This document shows positions 61,655 to 64,000 of a stretch of 64,000 nt of DNA, one piece after another. Source of the stretch: Squalus acanthias (lineage: Eukaryota); assembly GCA_030390025.1 (NCBI GenBank), contig CM059446.1:54808001-54872000 (forward strand), given 5' to 3'. Numbering within the stretch: the first letter of the stretch is position 1; every line of letters starts with the position of its first letter. A program made the position numbers and the translations under genes. The notes beneath the pieces were generated by a model. It ran no database searches. It was not told the origin of the DNA and saw only the letters and a list, made by a program, of their open reading frames with translations.

Positions 61655-62490
61655 ATAATGAAGCAGTCCATGCCCACATGCAACAAGACCTGGACGACGT
61701 TTAGGCTTGGGCTGATAAGTGGCAGGTAACATTCGTGCCACAGAAGTGCCAGGCAATGACTATCTCCAACAAGCGAGAGTCTAACCACCTCCCCTTGACA
61801 TTCAATGTCATTACCATCGCCGAATTCCCCACCATCAACATCCTGGGGGGTCACCATTGACCAGAAACTTAACTAGACCAGCCACATAAATACTTTGGCA
61901 ACAAGTGCAGGTCAGAGGTTGGGTATTCTGCAGCGAGTTTCTCACCTCCTGACTCCCCAAAGCCTTTCTACCATCTACAAGACACAAGTAAGGAGTGTGA
62001 TGGAATACTCTCCACTTGCCTGGATGAGTGCAGCTCCAACAACACTCAAGAAGCTCGACGCCATCCAGGACAAAGCAGCCCGCTTGATTGGCACCCCATC
62101 CACCACCTTAAACATTCACTCCCTCCACCACTGGCGTACCGTGGCTGCAGTGTGTACCATCTACAAGATGCACTGCAGCAACTCGCCAAGGCTTCTTCGA
62201 CAGCACCTCCCAAACCCACGACCTCTTCCACCTAGAAGGACAAGGGCAGCAGGCGCATGGGAACACCACCACCTCCAAGTTCCTCTCCAAGTCACACAGC
62301 ATCCTGACTTAGTAGTATATCGGCCGTTCCTTCATCGTCGTCGTGTCAAAATCCTGGAACTCCCTCCCTAACAGCACTGTGAGAGTACCTTCACCAGCGG
62401 TTCAAAAAGGCGGCTCACCACCACTTTCTCAAGGGCAATTAGGGATGGGCAATAAATGCTGGCCTTGCCAGTGACTTCCACATCCCATAA
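61655..62490 (+). mobile_element. LINE family B 3' fragment
   Basis: ORF QRLGILQRVSHLLTPQSLSTIYKTQVRSVMEYSPLAW. Tail gggcaattagggatgggcaataaatgctggcc. Confidence 0.82.
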
Positions 62491-62563
62491 AGGAATTTTA
62501 AAAAAGCTAGCTGTGGAGAACATTGCATGTGAGCCCGATCTTGTCTTTGCCCGCCATCCACAC

Positions 62564-62688
62564 CAACGTTCTCTCTGTGTCTGCCTGGACCGACTTTTCA
62601 AATGTGAAATTTCGCGCATGAACTTTGAATGGGCCGCGCAGCCCGTTAAAGGGACCGCGCACCCAAAAAAAAACTAGGGGGAACATTG
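62564..62688. mobile_element. hAT-type MITE (same family)
   Basis: Reverse complement of the 45071 copy with a deletion. Perfect 8-bp TSD ATCCACAC. Confidence 0.85.
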
Positions 62689-63398
62689 ATCCACACGCAT
62701 GCATTCCCAGCAGGGATGGCAGCAGAGTTACCATGAGTGCAGACACTGGATCTTCCCTTCCTTACAGTGGCCACAGGAAGGACATCTTCATCTTATCACT
62801 CTATCTGGATTTAAACCCAGGCCATAACCATATTAAAATGTTGCTATCGTATGAAAGCTTAACCTGCTTGTCTCTAAATCTCTTTGTTCTTTAACGTTCA
62901 TTAACATATTTGGTAGGCATAGGTACTTGATGGCGAATACAGTAAGCACGTCTGATAATGTTGCATGGCTTCATTTTACATAGAATTATATAGAATGTAC
63001 AGCACAGAAACAGGCCATTCGGCCCCACTGGTCCATGCCAGTGTTTATGCTCCACGTGAGCCTCCTCCCACCCCTCTTTATCTAACCTTATCAGCATATC
63101 CTTCTATTCCTTTTTCCCTTATGTGTTTATCCAACTTCCTCTTAAATGCACCCACGCGATTCGCCTCAACTGCTCCTTGTGGTAGCGAGTTCCACATTCT
63201 CACCACTCTCTGAGTGAAGAAGTTTCTCCTGAATTCCCAATTGGATTTATTAATGACTATCTTATATTTATGGCCCCTTGTTCTGGTCTCCCCCACAAGT
63301 GGAAACATCTTCTCTACGTCTACCCCATCGAAACCCTTCATAATCTTAAAGACCTCTATCAGGTCACCCCCTCAGCCTTCTCTTCTCTTCTCTTCTCT

Positions 63399-63817
63399 AT
63401 GATGTGGAGATGCCGGTGTTGGACTGGGGTGGACAAATGTGAGAAATCTACACAGATGCGGCCGGACCTGCTGTGATTTCCAGCAAAAAAAGTTTTTGGT
63501 TTTCCATCCAGACCCCAGCATCTGCCACATTGACCCCTTGTGACCCCACCTCATTGTCTTTGATGTAATGTTTTCCTGACTGACCTGTTTGGACACCATC
63601 CACACCTTTGATTGCCGTGATTATCTCTCTGCCGAGGTGTGATAAAGGGCAGTTGGAAAGATTAACTGTAATCATCTGGCTGTGTTCTCTGTCTATATAT
63701 GCTGTGCCTATATGTATCTCTTCACTTCACCTGACGAAGGAGCAGCCGCTCCGAAAGCTTGTGATTTCAAATAAACCTGTTGGACTACAACCTGGTGTTG
63801 TGCGACTTCTCACATTT
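63399..63817 (+). mobile_element. Short Penelope-LTR-derived element inserted in a CR1 fragment
   Basis: It carries the hammerhead motif and AATAAA, and has a partial inverted repeat aaatgtgagaa/ttctcacattt. It interrupts the CR1 sequence cagccttctcttct|ctctagagaaaggagcccc. Confidence 0.65.
63727..63764 (+). ncRNA. Minimal type-I hammerhead ribozyme motif (second Penelope family)
   Basis: tcac-CTGACGA-a-ggagc-agcc-gctcc-GAAA-gctt-gtga: perfect stems I and II and a palindromic AAGCTT at stem III. Confidence 0.75.
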
Positions 63818-64000
63818 CTCTCTCTAGAGAAAGGAGCCCCAGCCTGTTCGATCTTTCCAGATCAGTATAACCTCAGTTCCAGTATCATCGTTGTAAATTT
63901 TTCAGCTACAACTGTTTGCAACTGTGTGTTTTTAAAAAGCACTTTTGACGTGCTTGCTACAGACAGAAGATATTCTAGGCAGCATATTATTATATAAACC

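Larger units (their letters stand above)
62975..63900 (-). mobile_element. CR1 3' fragment split by the Penelope-derived insert
   Basis: Encodes KMFPLVGETRTRGHKYKI..RRNFFTQRVVRMWNSLP. Confidence 0.82.

Overview
Vertebrate genomic DNA, almost certainly from a shark or other cartilaginous fish, judged by its Deu-domain SINEs, CR1/L2/RTE LINEs and Penelope elements. It is repeat-dense and holds three spliced genes. (1) The last three coding exons of AEN (+, <1-560, 2876-3076, 11084-11332). (2) A complete ISG20 CDS (+, 23623-23853, 30484-30684, 32360-32509; 193 aa), tandem to AEN with the same intron positions and an intact DEDDh site. (3) A convergent, unusually divergent TMED3-like p24-gamma gene (-, 47784-47641, 41532-41284, 40041-39817; 205 aa) with UPRE/CREB3L, GAS and GC-box motifs upstream. 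Most of the remaining sequence is transposon-derived. The most notable items are a TSD-flanked, near-complete Penelope-like element; a dispersed set of minimal hammerhead-ribozyme motifs, all antisense when inside genes; two TSD-flanked RTE LINE copies with twin-priming-type 5' inversions; hAT and Tc1/mariner MITEs; multi-level nested insertions; and three minisatellites. All assignments come from reading the sequence and from recalled family motifs. No database search was run, and repeat boundaries are approximate unless a TSD is quoted.
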